Below are positions 17,664 through 27,664 of a DNA stretch of 39,903 nt, one piece after another. The notes below the pieces were generated by a model, which did not search any database, was not told where the DNA came from, and worked only from the letters and a program-made list of their open reading frames with translations. A program made the translations under genes and the position numbers. Positions within the stretch are counted from its first letter, which is position 1; each line of letters begins with the position of its first letter. This DNA comes from a virus (lineage: Duplodnaviria > Heunggongvirae > Uroviricota > Caudoviricetes): the IMG/VR virus record IMGVR_UViG_3300018486_000049, positions 1 to 39,903 of that record. One strand, given 5' to 3'.

Positions 17664-19430
17664 ATGAACACCACACTGACACCCGCAGATCTCGATCCCC
17701 GTCGGCAGGCCATGCTGCTGTACTTTCAGGGATACCGCGTAGCCCGCATTGCTGAAATGCTGGGCGAGAAAGTTGCAACCGTTCACAGCTGGAAAAAACG
17801 CGACAAGTGGGGTGACTATGGGCCGCTGGATCAGATGCAGCTCACCACCGCCGCACGCTACTGCCAGCTCATTATGAAGGAGCACAAAGAAGGGAAAGAT
17901 TTCAAAGAGATTGACCTGCTGGCGCGCCAGTCTGAGCGCCACGCGCGGATCGGCAAGTTTAACAATGGCGGCAACGAAGCCGACTTAAACCCTAACGTCG
18001 CCAACCGCAATAAAGGCCCACGCCGTCAGCCGGAAAAGAATGTTTTCACCGATGAGCAGATTGAGAAGCTGGAAGAAATCTTCCATTCCTCCATGTTCAA
18101 CTACCAGCGCCACTGGTGGGAAGCCGGAAAAACCAACCGCATCCGCAACCTGCTGAAGTCACGCCAGATCGGCGCGACCTTCTATTTTGCCCGTGAAGCC
18201 CTGATTGACGCCCTGCTTACCGGACGTAACCAGATTTTCCTTTCTGCCAGTAAGGCTCAGGCCCACGTCTTTAAACAATACATCATCGACTTCGCCAAAG
18301 AAGTCGAGGTGGAGCTAAAAGGCGATCCGATGGTGCTTCCTAACGGAGCCACGCTTTACTTCCTCGGCACCAATGCCCGCACGGCCCAGAGTTATCACGG
18401 CAACCTGTATCTGGATGAATATTTCTGGATACCGAAATTCCAGGAGCTGCGCAAAGTGGCTTCCGGGATGGCTATTCACAAAAAATGGCGACAAACCTAT
18501 TTTTCCACGCCATCCAGCCTGACACACAGTGCTTATCCGTTCTGGTCCGGTGCGCTGTTCAACCGTGGACGCAACAAAGCCGACAAGGTGGACATCGACC
18601 TGTCCCACAGCAATCTGGCCCCCGGCCTGCTGTGCGCAGACGGGCAATACCGCCAGATAGTCACCGTGGAAGATGCGGTGCGCGGCGGCTGTAACCTGTT
18701 CGACCTCGACCAGCTACGCATGGAGTACAGCCCGGACGAATACCAGAACCTGCTGATGTGCGAGTTCGTGGACGATCTCGCGTCCGTGTTCCCGCTCAGC
18801 GAACTGCAGGCGTGCATGGTGGACAGTTGGGAAGTCTGGACCGACTTTCATGCACTGGCCCTGCGCCCGTTTGGCTGGCGCGAGGTGTGGATCGGTTATG
18901 ACCCGGCAAAAGGTACGCAGAACGGCGACAGCGCCGGATGCGTGGTGGTGGCACCGCCAGCCGTGCCAGGCGGTAAGTTTCGCATTCTTGAGCGTCACCA
19001 GTGGCGCGGGATGGACTTCCGCGCCCAGGCTGACGCCATCAAAAAACTGACCGAACAGTACAACGTGACCTATATCGGCATCGACTCGACAGGTGTCGGT
19101 CACGGGGTTTACGAGAACGTGAAAGCGTTCTTTCCTGCCGTCCGGGAGTTTGTCTACAACCCCAACGTTAAAAACGCCCTGGTACTCAAAGCCTACGACA
19201 TTATCAGTCACCGTCGTCTGGAGTTTGACGCCGGACACACCGACATAGCGCAGTCATTTATGGCAATCCGTCGCGCCACCACCGCCAGTGGCAACCGCCC
19301 GACCTATGAAGCCAGCCGCAGCGAAGAAGCCAGCCACGCCGATCTGGCCTGGGCAACGATGCACGCACTGTTTAACGAACCGCTGCAGGGCGAGTCCGCC
19401 AATACCAGCAATATTGTGGAGATTTTTTGA
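17664..19430 (+). CDS. P: Terminase large (ATPase) subunit gpP
   Basis: 588 aa, divergent from O, followed by the portal gene with a 4 nt overlap. Confidence 0.9.
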   Translation: MNTTLTPADLDPRRQAMLLYFQGYRVARIAEMLGEKVATVHSWKKRDKWGDYGPLDQMQLTTAARYCQLIMKEHKEGKDFKEIDLLARQSERHARIGKFNNGGNEADLNPNVANRNKGPRRQPEKNVFTDEQIEKLEEIFHSSMFNYQRHWWEAGKTNRIRNLLKSRQIGATFYFAREALIDALLTGRNQIFLSASKAQAHVFKQYIIDFAKEVEVELKGDPMVLPNGATLYFLGTNARTAQSYHGNLYLDEYFWIPKFQELRKVASGMAIHKKWRQTYFSTPSSLTHSAYPFWSGALFNRGRNKADKVDIDLSHSNLAPGLLCADGQYRQIVTVEDAVRGGCNLFDLDQLRMEYSPDEYQNLLMCEFVDDLASVFPLSELQACMVDSWEVWTDFHALALRPFGWREVWIGYDPAKGTQNGDSAGCVVVAPPAVPGGKFRILERHQWRGMDFRAQADAIKKLTEQYNVTYIGIDSTGVGHGVYENVKAFFPAVREFVYNPNVKNALVLKAYDIISHRRLEFDAGHTDIAQSFMAIRRATTASGNRPTYEASRSEEASHADLAWATMHALFNEPLQGESANTSNIVEIF

Positions 19431-20470
19431 TGGGAAAGAGTAAGAAAAACCGCGCTGCGGCGACGAATCAGCTCAAGCATAAAAGCCAAACTTCAGCCGA
19501 AGCATTCAGCTTCGGTGATCCCATTCCAGTACTTGACCGCCGCGAACTGCTGGACTATGTGGAATGCGTACAGACGGATCGCTGGTATGAGCCACCCGTA
19601 AGTTTTGACGGACTGGCGCGAACATTCCGCGCCGCCGTTCACCACAGCTCACCGATTGCAGTAAAGTGCAACATTCTGACCAGCACCTATATCCCTCACC
19701 CGCTGCTCAGCCAGCAGGCTTTTTCGCGTTTTGTGCAGGACTATCTGGTATTTGGTAACGCCTACCTGGAGAAACGCACGAACCGATTCGGTGAAGTTAT
19801 CGCCCTTGAGCCTGCGCTGGCAAAATACACCCGACGCGGGTTAGACCTGGATACCTACTGGTTTGTGCAATACGGTATGACAACCCAGCCGTATCAGTTC
19901 ACGAAAGGCAGCATTTTTCATCTAATGGAACCGGATATTAATCAGGAGATCTACGGCCTGCCCGGTTATCTTTCTGCCATTCCGTCTGCCCTGCTCAACG
20001 AGTCCGCCACGCTGTTCCGTCGAAAGTATTACATTAACGGCAGTCATGCAGGCTTCATCATGTACATGACCGATGCCGCGCAAAACCAGGAGGATGTGAA
20101 CAACCTCCGCAATGCGATGAAAAGCGCCAAAGGACCAGGTAACTTCCGCAATCTGTTTATGTACTCGCCTAACGGCAAAAAGGACGGGCTTCAGATCATC
20201 CCGTTGTCAGAAGTCGCGGCGAAGGATGAGTTTCTGAATATCAAGAACGTGAGCCGGGACGACATGATGGCAGCACACCGAGTGCCGCCGCAGATGATGG
20301 GGATTATGCCTAATAATGTAGGGGGGTTTGGGGATGTGGAGAAAGCCAGCCGGGTATTTGTTCGGAATGAACTGATGCCTTTACAAAAACGCATTGCCGA
20401 AATTAATGAATGGTTAGATGAAGAGGTAGTCAAATTTGAATATTATGGCTTAGAAAATAATCAGTCATAA
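19427..20470 (+). CDS. Q: Portal protein gpQ
   Basis: 347 aa, P2 P-Q arrangement reading toward the cos region. Confidence 0.9.
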   Translation: MMGKSKKNRAAATNQLKHKSQTSAEAFSFGDPIPVLDRRELLDYVECVQTDRWYEPPVSFDGLARTFRAAVHHSSPIAVKCNILTSTYIPHPLLSQQAFSRFVQDYLVFGNAYLEKRTNRFGEVIALEPALAKYTRRGLDLDTYWFVQYGMTTQPYQFTKGSIFHLMEPDINQEIYGLPGYLSAIPSALLNESATLFRRKYYINGSHAGFIMYMTDAAQNQEDVNNLRNAMKSAKGPGNFRNLFMYSPNGKKDGLQIIPLSEVAAKDEFLNIKNVSRDDMMAAHRVPPQMMGIMPNNVGGFGDVEKASRVFVRNELMPLQKRIAEINEWLDEEVVKFEYYGLENNQS

Positions 20471-20477
20471 AAAAGAA

Positions 20478-20508
20478 GTGAACAAGTTGAAATTATCAGC
20501 TTGTTCAC
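20478..20508. terminator. Candidate bidirectional hairpin terminator between convergent genes
   Basis: 9 bp stem GTGAACAAG / CTTGTTCAC with 13 nt loop, 8 nt after the Q stop. Confidence 0.45.
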
Positions 20509-20525
20509 TATTCTCTGTATTATCT

Positions 20526-20795
20526 CTACTGCATCCGTCCGGGTAAATCGCTTTCATTGCGTAAACGCCAAGCTAACTGTTCACGATCCCAAACTATATC
20601 GTCTTTGCTAGCCTTTCTAAAATTTGCTAGCACAGTACTGCTTATAGCGTAATTACCATTCTCATTAGTTTTGATGAACTCGTCCCCAAAGTCATTGATT
20701 AGAAATTCAACAACCTCGGACTGATACAACACACCATTAGAACGAGTGGTATTAACCATCCAGTCAACTATTTTTATCAGAGAATCATTCATCAT
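20526..20795 (-). CDS. Hypothetical small protein (about 89 aa)
   Basis: ORF in the AT-rich region between Q and the cos region; start chosen at MMNDS to limit overlap; no motif recognised. Confidence 0.45.
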   Translation of the reverse strand: MMNDSLIKIVDWMVNTTRSNGVLYQSEVVEFLINDFGDEFIKTNENGNYAISSTVLANFRKASKDDIVWDREQLAWRLRNESDLPGRMQ

Positions 20796-20994
20796 CACTC
20801 TCAGCTTTTGGAACAAATAAAACTAGAGTATCTTCATGAAAAACTCCGCGCTGGTTCTTAGCACCAATAAACCACGTACAAACTGCCATTGTAGCCGATT
20901 GGTAGTGATCAATTACCATGATTGGACCATGTCCTGTTGCATGTTTTACTTTCTGGCCCGGTGTATATTTTGCCACTCTCACGTCTCCTTTCAT
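20785..20994 (-). CDS. DUF2158-like small protein (YodC-like pattern)
   Basis: 69 aa with the G..VK...G.GP.MVI....C.WF pattern I associate with DUF2158. Confidence 0.5.
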   Translation of the reverse strand: MKGDVRVAKYTPGQKVKHATGHGPIMVIDHYQSATMAVCTWFIGAKNQRGVFHEDTLVLFVPKAESDDE

Positions 20995-21061
20995 GTGTAA
21001 GTTATCAATTTCAGAATATATCTACATTAATTGCAAGTAAACATGTTTGCGCGCGCTCGTA

Positions 21062-21074
21062 TCCCCGCCACGCC
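21062..21074. other. Candidate cos (cohesive end) site region
   Basis: Reverse complement GGCGTGGCGGGGA resembles the start of the P2/186 cohesive end as I recall it; lies in the non-coding gap between Q-side and A-side genes. Confidence 0.3.
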
Positions 21075-21453
21075 TGCCCGCTTTATGCAGTGGTTTTCAT
21101 GCACATGCATGACATGAGCAAAAGCCCGCCAGTTCTGGCGGATCTGAGCAAAGACGATCCTCAATCGATCATGCGATTTCATGCAGCATAGTCATGCACT
21201 GTCAAGGAAGTGAAAATCCGTATCTGAATGGCCACTTGAAAAACGGATCATACGGGTTTACAAAGATGAATGTTCGCTGTGAACGGGAAGCGGAAGTTAA
21301 CTTTCAGATAACATAATCCATATGCACGAGAACCTCTAAAATAGAATGGGACACCTAAGCGGGGTACTTACAACGATTCTTTCCATATTCACAGTTAACA
21401 CTCTGTTTGGCGTATTTTTATTCAAATAGCAAACACCAATAAAAGGAGTTTCC

Positions 21454-21789
21454 ATGAACAATATTCCCCCTATACCACAGTTAGGAATTTATGTCTCAAA
21501 AATCGATCCCACCCTACGTATCACTGTAACCGATGTTGATATTGTTGATGGTGAGGATGATTCTCCTGATGATGAATTGTTTTATTTAGTCCACTGGATC
21601 GAGGGGGAAGATGAAAGTGATATGACAGCAATGGGATTTGAGCTAGACCCAGTAGAGTGGCAGGCTTTCGTTGAATCTGAGCAATTAGTGTTTGAGCGTG
21701 ATCCGTACATGGATTCAATCCCCGAAAATTCAAACTTGGCAAAGATTCGGGATTTTCTCATGAAGACTAAACAGAATGATCATTCGTAA
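21454..21789 (+). CDS. Hypothetical strongly acidic protein (111 aa)
   Basis: Good ATG with GGAG upstream; Asp/Glu-rich runs (DGEDDSPDDE, EGEDESD); only plus-strand gene in this region. Confidence 0.55.
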   Translation: MNNIPPIPQLGIYVSKIDPTLRITVTDVDIVDGEDDSPDDELFYLVHWIEGEDESDMTAMGFELDPVEWQAFVESEQLVFERDPYMDSIPENSNLAKIRDFLMKTKQNDHS

Positions 21790-21943
21790 GTGTAAGCATC
21801 CATCAGGAAAATGGTTTTGTAAGTGAATCATCAACTTTTAGAGAGTCTCAGACACTCCCACTTCTGCTTCTGACACAAAGCGGACGATCACTTATCAAAA
21901 TAACCGCCCACCTTACGCCTTATTTCACTCATTGCCCAAACTA

Positions 21944-21973
21944 GCCCCCATCAGAATGAATCCTCCTGGGGGC
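21944..21973. terminator. Candidate bidirectional hairpin terminator
   Basis: GC-rich 7 bp stem GCCCCCA / TGGGGGC with 16 nt loop between convergent genes. Confidence 0.4.
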
Positions 21974-21981
21974 AACATTTC

Positions 21982-22215
21982 TTAATGCAGCCAGCTGTCG
22001 TCCTCCCACACCTTCTGCATAATTTTCATCACTTGTTTTCTTTCTTCATCCAGTTGCAGTCCGGTTAGTTCCACACCGTTAGAGCTACCTTTGCGAATGC
22101 GAATTACCGTTTTGGGATACAGGGGGCGCAGATTGCGGTAAAGCTCGGATTCAAGTGCGTCCAAGGTAGACTGGCTAATCTTCTGCTCTTTATCGATCAT
22201 TATTTCAATGCGCAT
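21982..22215 (-). CDS. DinI-like protein (C-terminal, DinI-like part of a Tum-type antirepressor)
   Basis: MRIEIMIDKEQ...VWEDDSWLH resembles DinI as recalled; SD GAGGTGA before the ATG at 22215; the frame is also open upstream to 22287. Confidence 0.7.
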   Translation of the reverse strand: MRIEIMIDKEQKISQSTLDALESELYRNLRPLYPKTVIRIRKGSSNGVELTGLQLDEERKQVMKIMQKVWEDDSWLH

Positions 22216-22225
22216 AAAAGTCACC

Positions 22226-22414
22226 TCAGCTGATGACATCCATTGAGCGGTTGTATTCGTGGCTTCTGATTTTTGCCATGAGTTCATCAGTCAATTCAGA
22301 AACCCACTGCAGAGCCAGCCCCTTCTCTTCATCACTACACTCACTAGCCGCTACAAGCTTAAGAAAAAAATCAATGCGCTGGAGCTTCAAAGACTCCAAA
22401 AAATAGTCCTGCAT
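22226..22414 (-). CDS. Small protein (62 aa), possible N-terminal part of a split Tum-like antirepressor
   Basis: GGAGG SD before the ATG; overlaps the upstream-open DinI frame out of frame; LexA box in its promoter. Confidence 0.5.
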   Translation of the reverse strand: MQDYFLESLKLQRIDFFLKLVAASECSDEEKGLALQWVSELTDELMAKIRSHEYNRSMDVIS

Positions 22415-22456
22415 CTTTCCTCCTATGACACCAAAACAATACTGTATACATAACCA

Positions 22457-22472
22457 CTGTTTATATTTACAG
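22457..22472. promoter_or_regulatory. LexA (SOS) box overlapping the promoter of the Tum-like module
   Basis: CTGTTTATATTTACAG, a perfect CTGT-N8-ACAG with AT-rich spacer, 43 bp upstream of the ATG at 22414; a half-site-like CTGTATACATAACCAC lies just upstream. Confidence 0.65.
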
Positions 22473-22566
22473 TATATAATAATCTTACTGATGTAAAACG
22501 TTTTTTTACGTTCATCGGCCTGATATGCCTGGTATTATTAAGAGCACGAATTGTTAACCCGCGTAA

Positions 22567-24981
22567 TTAATACAGGTTCCGCCACTTATCATCTTCCTTC
22601 AGACGCTGGTTCCGATAGAAGATACGCAGGCCTGCTCCTGACGGAATACTGCCGCCGCGAAGGAGCAAATCGACTTCTTTCTCGCTGCCATCAAATCCCC
22701 TGGACTTCAGTTCATAGACGAGCTGCTGTCGCTGATGGTCTGTAATTCGCTGTTTGTAGTCTTTACGCCGTTTCGGTTTCACCTGGCGTAACCTTGCAGC
22801 CAGTTCCCGGCGCTCTTTTTTGCTCATACTGTGCAGGTAATCGTGCAACTCCTTGTCATTCATACGGGTAATATCCGTTCTGGAGTCCCCATCAGCTGAT
22901 TTGTCTTTCCCTTGTTGGTTCAAATTTTCAGCAAAGGGACAGTTATTGCCACGAGTCCAAGGGGCGCAAGCGCCCTGGTCGGCTACCGCCTCCTGAACGT
23001 CAACGGCCTTACGAACCATTTTCCACTTCACTGCATGAGTGCAGATCTTGCCCTCTGCAATGGGTGACCAGATGCCATAAATACGAATGCCGTGATCGCC
23101 ATAGGCGGTCGGCTCTTCGTTGATTTCATAAGCGGTTCTGATAAGGTGATATTTACGGGGAACCAGTACGCCGCCCTGCTTCATGATGTAGGTGGCAAAA
23201 CAACCAGCATCAGCAGCAGCCAGGATGGCATCAAGGCGCGGGTCATCCAGTATCGGCGCACCTGCTTTTTTGTCACCCTGTTGCCTTGCCGCCTGACCAG
23301 CCAGCAAGCGAAGTTCACGGTAAGCCTGACGTCCCGGAATACCAAAGAAGCGGAACTGCTGAACACGATGCAGAGACGCCCAGGCATTAACGTATTCGGC
23401 GTTATCACGCAGGGATTTACCCGTTTCCTTGCTGATCTCGCCAGCCAGACCACGCCCGTCAATGTTCTTACTGATGTATTTCGCGATGTAGCTTGTCGGT
23501 GTTCCTTTGCGCGGGTTAATCAGCTCAGACTTAAAGCGTGGCCCCGTGTTGTTGCCCAGCTCCTCGCGGTCTACACGGATGGCAAACTTACGCAGTAATG
23601 CAGTGATGGCGCGGCGGTCTTTTTTACGCATGAAGCACATGAGATGCCAGTGCACAGTACCGTCATGGTGCGGCTCAGCCACCCGCACGCCATACCAGCG
23701 CAACCCGGTTTTGTGCATTGCCTTACGAAATGCAGCAAACATGCCGACCAGATAATCGCTACTTTGTCTTACCGTCGCATTTGTCCAGGTCGGGTTGGGT
23801 CTGCCGTTGTTGAGCGTGGAATGGAAACGTGACGGACAGGTGATAGTGTAGAAAACGGCGCAGTCACCGCGCATTTCCGCGATAAGCTCCAGACCTTTAA
23901 CACAGGCCATCATCTCATTGCGGCGATGCGCAGGGTTGCTGCTGCTGGCGTTTACCACATCCTCCATGTCCAGCGTGTCGCCGTCTTCGTTCACCAGTTC
24001 ATGAGAACGGAAAAACTCCAGCGACTTACGGCGCTGCTCACGTTTATGCATCACGGCTTCATAGCTGACATAGGGAGATGCTTTTTTGCTGACCAGGCAG
24101 ACAGCACGCAACTGCTCTTCCCGCCATTCGCAACGCATCTTCCATAATTTCCGATACCACCAGTCGGCGCACAACATACGCGCCAGCGAACCCGGAATGA
24201 GTTCATAGGGCACGGGTTTACGGCGGTTTCTTTTCCGACGGAGTTGCTCAAACGCAGGTGGGATGACATCCAGACGCAGGGTTTCCGCCGCCACCTTTTC
24301 CCATGTCTTGCGGATTTCTTCTGGCTTAACGTCATCGGTGGCATACAAATCGCCACAAGCTGCATCAAGGCACATGCTCATATGCGCAGCTACCAGGGTG
24401 GACAGGCGTTTCACCTGATCCTGACTCATTTCAGGCAGGATCAGCAGGCCCTCCATCCCTTGATGGCTTGCCATAAAACGGAAAGAAGCAGACAGCTGAC
24501 TGTCACGTACACAATCCAGTCGCTCCAGACATGGCTTAATCGTCTCACGCAAATAGCGGGAATAAGCCTTTGGCCTGCCCAGGCTGCTGAAGTATTCGAT
24601 ACGTTGCATCAGCGGCTTGCTAATATGGGTGGGCTGGGCGCTGACGTCCGCCAGAATGACCATGTCCGGGTTAAAACGCTGCTGTTCATGCGCCAGCTTT
24701 GCCCGGCTAATGAGCTTATCCTGCTCCATTTCGCGCTGGACAGGATCACGAGATTCATTAAAGAAATAACGCTCCCAGACCTGCTCACTCAGTGCATCGC
24801 GGCGCAGCTGTTCCTGCTCATTATCGGCAGCGTACAGAGTGATCAGGTTTGAAAGTGCAGACTCCGGCGCAACTTCCGCCGGGTCCAGATAAGGGTTAAT
24901 GGCCTTTTTCGGGCCGTTCCATGAAAATGCTGCAGCGGCCTCGTTAAAGCCGCTAGAGTTGCTCATATCGTCATGACTCAT
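22567..24981 (-). CDS. A: Replication initiation protein gpA (rolling-circle HUH endonuclease family)
   Basis: 804 aa; HWH (HUH-like) motif followed by YIAKYISK tyrosine motif; P2 A position. Confidence 0.9.
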   Translation of the reverse strand: MSHDDMSNSSGFNEAAAAFSWNGPKKAINPYLDPAEVAPESALSNLITLYAADNEQEQLRRDALSEQVWERYFFNESRDPVQREMEQDKLISRAKLAHEQQRFNPDMVILADVSAQPTHISKPLMQRIEYFSSLGRPKAYSRYLRETIKPCLERLDCVRDSQLSASFRFMASHQGMEGLLILPEMSQDQVKRLSTLVAAHMSMCLDAACGDLYATDDVKPEEIRKTWEKVAAETLRLDVIPPAFEQLRRKRNRRKPVPYELIPGSLARMLCADWWYRKLWKMRCEWREEQLRAVCLVSKKASPYVSYEAVMHKREQRRKSLEFFRSHELVNEDGDTLDMEDVVNASSSNPAHRRNEMMACVKGLELIAEMRGDCAVFYTITCPSRFHSTLNNGRPNPTWTNATVRQSSDYLVGMFAAFRKAMHKTGLRWYGVRVAEPHHDGTVHWHLMCFMRKKDRRAITALLRKFAIRVDREELGNNTGPRFKSELINPRKGTPTSYIAKYISKNIDGRGLAGEISKETGKSLRDNAEYVNAWASLHRVQQFRFFGIPGRQAYRELRLLAGQAARQQGDKKAGAPILDDPRLDAILAAADAGCFATYIMKQGGVLVPRKYHLIRTAYEINEEPTAYGDHGIRIYGIWSPIAEGKICTHAVKWKMVRKAVDVQEAVADQGACAPWTRGNNCPFAENLNQQGKDKSADGDSRTDITRMNDKELHDYLHSMSKKERRELAARLRQVKPKRRKDYKQRITDHQRQQLVYELKSRGFDGSEKEVDLLLRGGSIPSGAGLRIFYRNQRLKEDDKWRNLY

Positions 24982-25835
24982 ACACGTACTCCGTACACGG
25001 CAGAACTATCCACGCCACGCGAATAATCAAATCCCATCCAGCAGCACGGCCCGGAAACAGCAATGATTTCTGTTGCTGATTTACCCTCGCCAGCTGCCAC
25101 ACCGATGCTGCGTTTTACCTTGATATAGTGGTGAGTAAAATTGCGATACAGCGAACGGATCAGGGATGTGTCACTGTTAGAAACAATGACTGGATGTCCT
25201 TCTGATGACCGATGTTCAAGAACGGATGCCAGGTGATACTGGTCATCTTCAGTGAAACCATCAGTGTGATAGCCGGAAAACGTACCGTCATACGGCGGAT
25301 CGCAATACACCACATCTCCCGCGTGCAACATTGCCAGCGTTTCATCGAAGCTGGCGCAGATAAATGTTGCCCGCTGGGCTTTTTCTGCAAATGCACGAAT
25401 TTCTTTTTCAGGGAAATACGGATTTTTATAATTACCGTAGGGAATGTTGAAATGCCCGCTCTTGTTATAGCGACATAAACCACGGTAACCGTGACGATTG
25501 AGATACAGGAAATATACCGCTTTCATGAAATCAGTAATTTCAGTGGAGTAATTAAACTCCTGCCTTATGTTGTAATAAGCCACCTCCCTGTTTGCGATCT
25601 CAAATAAAACTCTGGCGCGAGATATAAACGATTCACAATCAGCGGCAACCTTTTTATAGAGGTTGATTAAATCAGGATTAATATCCGCAACCAAATAGCT
25701 GGGGTAATCCGTCTCCATCATCACAGCACAGGAACCCGCGAAAGGTTCAACCAGTCGCGGGCCAGCAGGAAGGTGTTTTTTCAGTTCGGACATAATGGCG
25801 GTTTTATTACCCGCCCATTTCAGGATGGTGCTCAT
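24978..25835 (-). CDS. DNA N6-adenine methyltransferase (Dam-like, orphan)
   Basis: DPPY motif IV and PFAGSCAV motif I; start at [11 protein letters not shown] (ATG 25835) with GGAGG SD, overlapping the upstream stop. Confidence 0.85.
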   Translation of the reverse strand: MSTILKWAGNKTAIMSELKKHLPAGPRLVEPFAGSCAVMMETDYPSYLVADINPDLINLYKKVAADCESFISRARVLFEIANREVAYYNIRQEFNYSTEITDFMKAVYFLYLNRHGYRGLCRYNKSGHFNIPYGNYKNPYFPEKEIRAFAEKAQRATFICASFDETLAMLHAGDVVYCDPPYDGTFSGYHTDGFTEDDQYHLASVLEHRSSEGHPVIVSNSDTSLIRSLYRNFTHHYIKVKRSIGVAAGEGKSATEIIAVSGPCCWMGFDYSRGVDSSAVYGVRV

Positions 25836-26059
25836 ACAGCACCTCCGTTGTAATGTTTGCCTTTCAGCCCTGCGATTTCCTGACAGGTAATGCAAAGCTG
25901 CACACCTGGAATGGCGCGGCGGCGTGCTGGCGGAATTGGCGCTTCACACTCAATGCAAAGCACGCGGGACACGCCCGGCGTTTTGGCACGGGCAGCACGG
26001 ATATGGCGCTGGCGTTCTTCTTCAACGCGCTGCTGTACGAGATCCATTGCATCAGCCAT
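25832..26059 (-). CDS. TraR/DksA-family C4 zinc-finger protein
   Basis: 75 aa with CIEC-N17-CITC. Confidence 0.7.
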   Translation of the reverse strand: MADAMDLVQQRVEEERQRHIRAARAKTPGVSRVLCIECEAPIPPARRRAIPGVQLCITCQEIAGLKGKHYNGGAV

Positions 26060-26298
26060 TAGTGGATCTCCTGCGCTTCGTTCTGGATTGCTTCAGCAGT
26101 TACACGCAGTAGTTCTGCTGCTTCGACGTGGTTTAGCTGGCGGGATGTGATATGACACGCCAGGCTATCAAGGCGAGCTGCCATTGCTTCAGCCCTTGCC
26201 CGGCGTTCTTCCAGACGAGCCTCTGTCAGTAAAATATTAAGCCCTGCATCATCCGGTCCGGTTTTAGTCGTGAGGGTTTCAATATTACGCATAATCAA
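26059..26298 (-). CDS. Hypothetical early-operon protein (79 aa)
   Basis: ORF packed in the early operon with coupled start/stop; no motif recognised. Confidence 0.5.
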   Translation of the reverse strand: MIMRNIETLTTKTGPDDAGLNILLTEARLEERRARAEAMAARLDSLACHITSRQLNHVEAAELLRVTAEAIQNEAQEIH

Positions 26299-26359
26299 TT
26301 CTCCTGAATTTAGATAAAGGGATACCCGGCGGGTTTACGCCATTAATTTCATTAGTTGG

Positions 26360-26701
26360 TTAATTCGGCATGGTTAGCCGTCTGGGAAATAAGCTCACCA
26401 CTGCACGAAAATGATTCATTGCTTTAATCAACTCCCGCTTTTCGTCAGTGGTCAGCTCATTAATGCTGATGCTATGACGTTCAGCTGGAATTTTTGCCAT
26501 AAAGAATATAGCAGCCAGTGCCCGTTTATTTTGTTCGTTATTGATATCCCGTGGATCACGCATATCTTTAATAAACCGCTCAAGCTCTGACTCAATATTC
26601 AGGCCAAAAACTTTCGCCCTTAGCTCCGCAATGTGATTAAGTCCATTCAGGCGTTCACCGGGGCTTAATGGAACAGTCGCCGCAGCGCCATTAATTGCCA
26701 T
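26360..26701 (-). CDS. Hypothetical early-operon protein (113 aa)
   Basis: ORF in the early operon; no motif recognised. Confidence 0.5.
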   Translation of the reverse strand: MAINGAAATVPLSPGERLNGLNHIAELRAKVFGLNIESELERFIKDMRDPRDINNEQNKRALAAIFFMAKIPAERHSISINELTTDEKRELIKAMNHFRAVVSLFPRRLTMPN

Positions 26702-26723
26702 AATTCATATCCCCAAAACGCAA

Positions 26724-26948
26724 CTATCGTTGTTTGTTATTACGGTAACGTTCAAGAGGAGATACATTTTTTCGTATCGTTTCTTTAACCTGCTCTCCCC
26801 GTAAAAACGTCCCATCCTTTAGCGTGAAAAAGTAACTGCCATCGCCCGACAACGACGGATAACAACAGAGCAAATCATCTTCAGGTACTGAATAACTCTC
26901 CCCTCTGTAACGAAACTGATAAACCACTTCACTTTCCGCTGCATACAT
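26724..26948 (-). CDS. Hypothetical early-operon protein (74 aa)
   Basis: Protein-like composition; overlaps out of frame with a second ORF (26819-27115). Confidence 0.4.
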   Translation of the reverse strand: MYAAESEVVYQFRYRGESYSVPEDDLLCCYPSLSGDGSYFFTLKDGTFLRGEQVKETIRKNVSPLERYRNNKQR

Positions 26949-27122
26949 TTTGACTTTCTCCGTTTCCCCGTGGTCAATTCAGACAGCAATTCATCTTGTG
27001 AATGACACGGATGCCAGCGTTTACCATCCTCACCCATGATCCAGCCGTGACCGTAGTGCATTGCCGGGCTTTGTTTTACCAGCAGCGATGCAAATGATGG
27101 TTCTTTCGTAAGCATAAGCACC

Positions 27123-27632
27123 TCACAGCAAACCGAATGAAGCACCGAGGCCAGTCACGGTATCAACTGCACTCGCCATCGCAGGATTAGTCTGTAAACG
27201 GGCCTGCAATGAAACAGCGGCCAGCGCCATCAGTCGTGTTACAGAGTTAATGCTGCTGATAGCATCACGACGACCTGCACTGGTTTTTACATCGCCAGAT
27301 ACCGCACCTGCAGCAACACGCCCGATCTCTGCGGTTGCACTCATGACGTAATGTGGCAGTTTCTCTTTTGCCACCTCATTAATCGGTACGCATGGCAGGC
27401 AGTGAATCTGAGCCAGAAAACCATCTACCAGCGTTGAATCTTCAGTCAGATCGGTAAGCAGCCAGATTTCTGGTGCGGTTAATAAATGAGGTTGAGCCGG
27501 GTTCAGCTTGTTCCGCAGAATCTGCACATTCATGCCAGCACGTTCTGCCAGTTGCACCAGGTTGTGGCGCAGCGCGAATGCACGACAGGCTTCATCAAAA
27601 TGTGGATGTTTGGAAACTTGGTAATCAAACAT
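27123..27632 (-). CDS. cII: CII-like lysogeny-establishment regulator (186 CII type)
   Basis: 169 aa from [10 protein letters not shown]; HTH-like [19 protein letters not shown]; sits right after the Apl/Cox-like gene, the 186 apl-cII arrangement; assignment by recall only. Confidence 0.55.
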   Translation of the reverse strand: MFDYQVSKHPHFDEACRAFALRHNLVQLAERAGMNVQILRNKLNPAQPHLLTAPEIWLLTDLTEDSTLVDGFLAQIHCLPCVPINEVAKEKLPHYVMSATAEIGRVAAGAVSGDVKTSAGRRDAISSINSVTRLMALAAVSLQARLQTNPAMASAVDTVTGLGASFGLL

Positions 27633-27664
27633 AGTCGACACCCCTGATGTATCCCAAAATGGAA

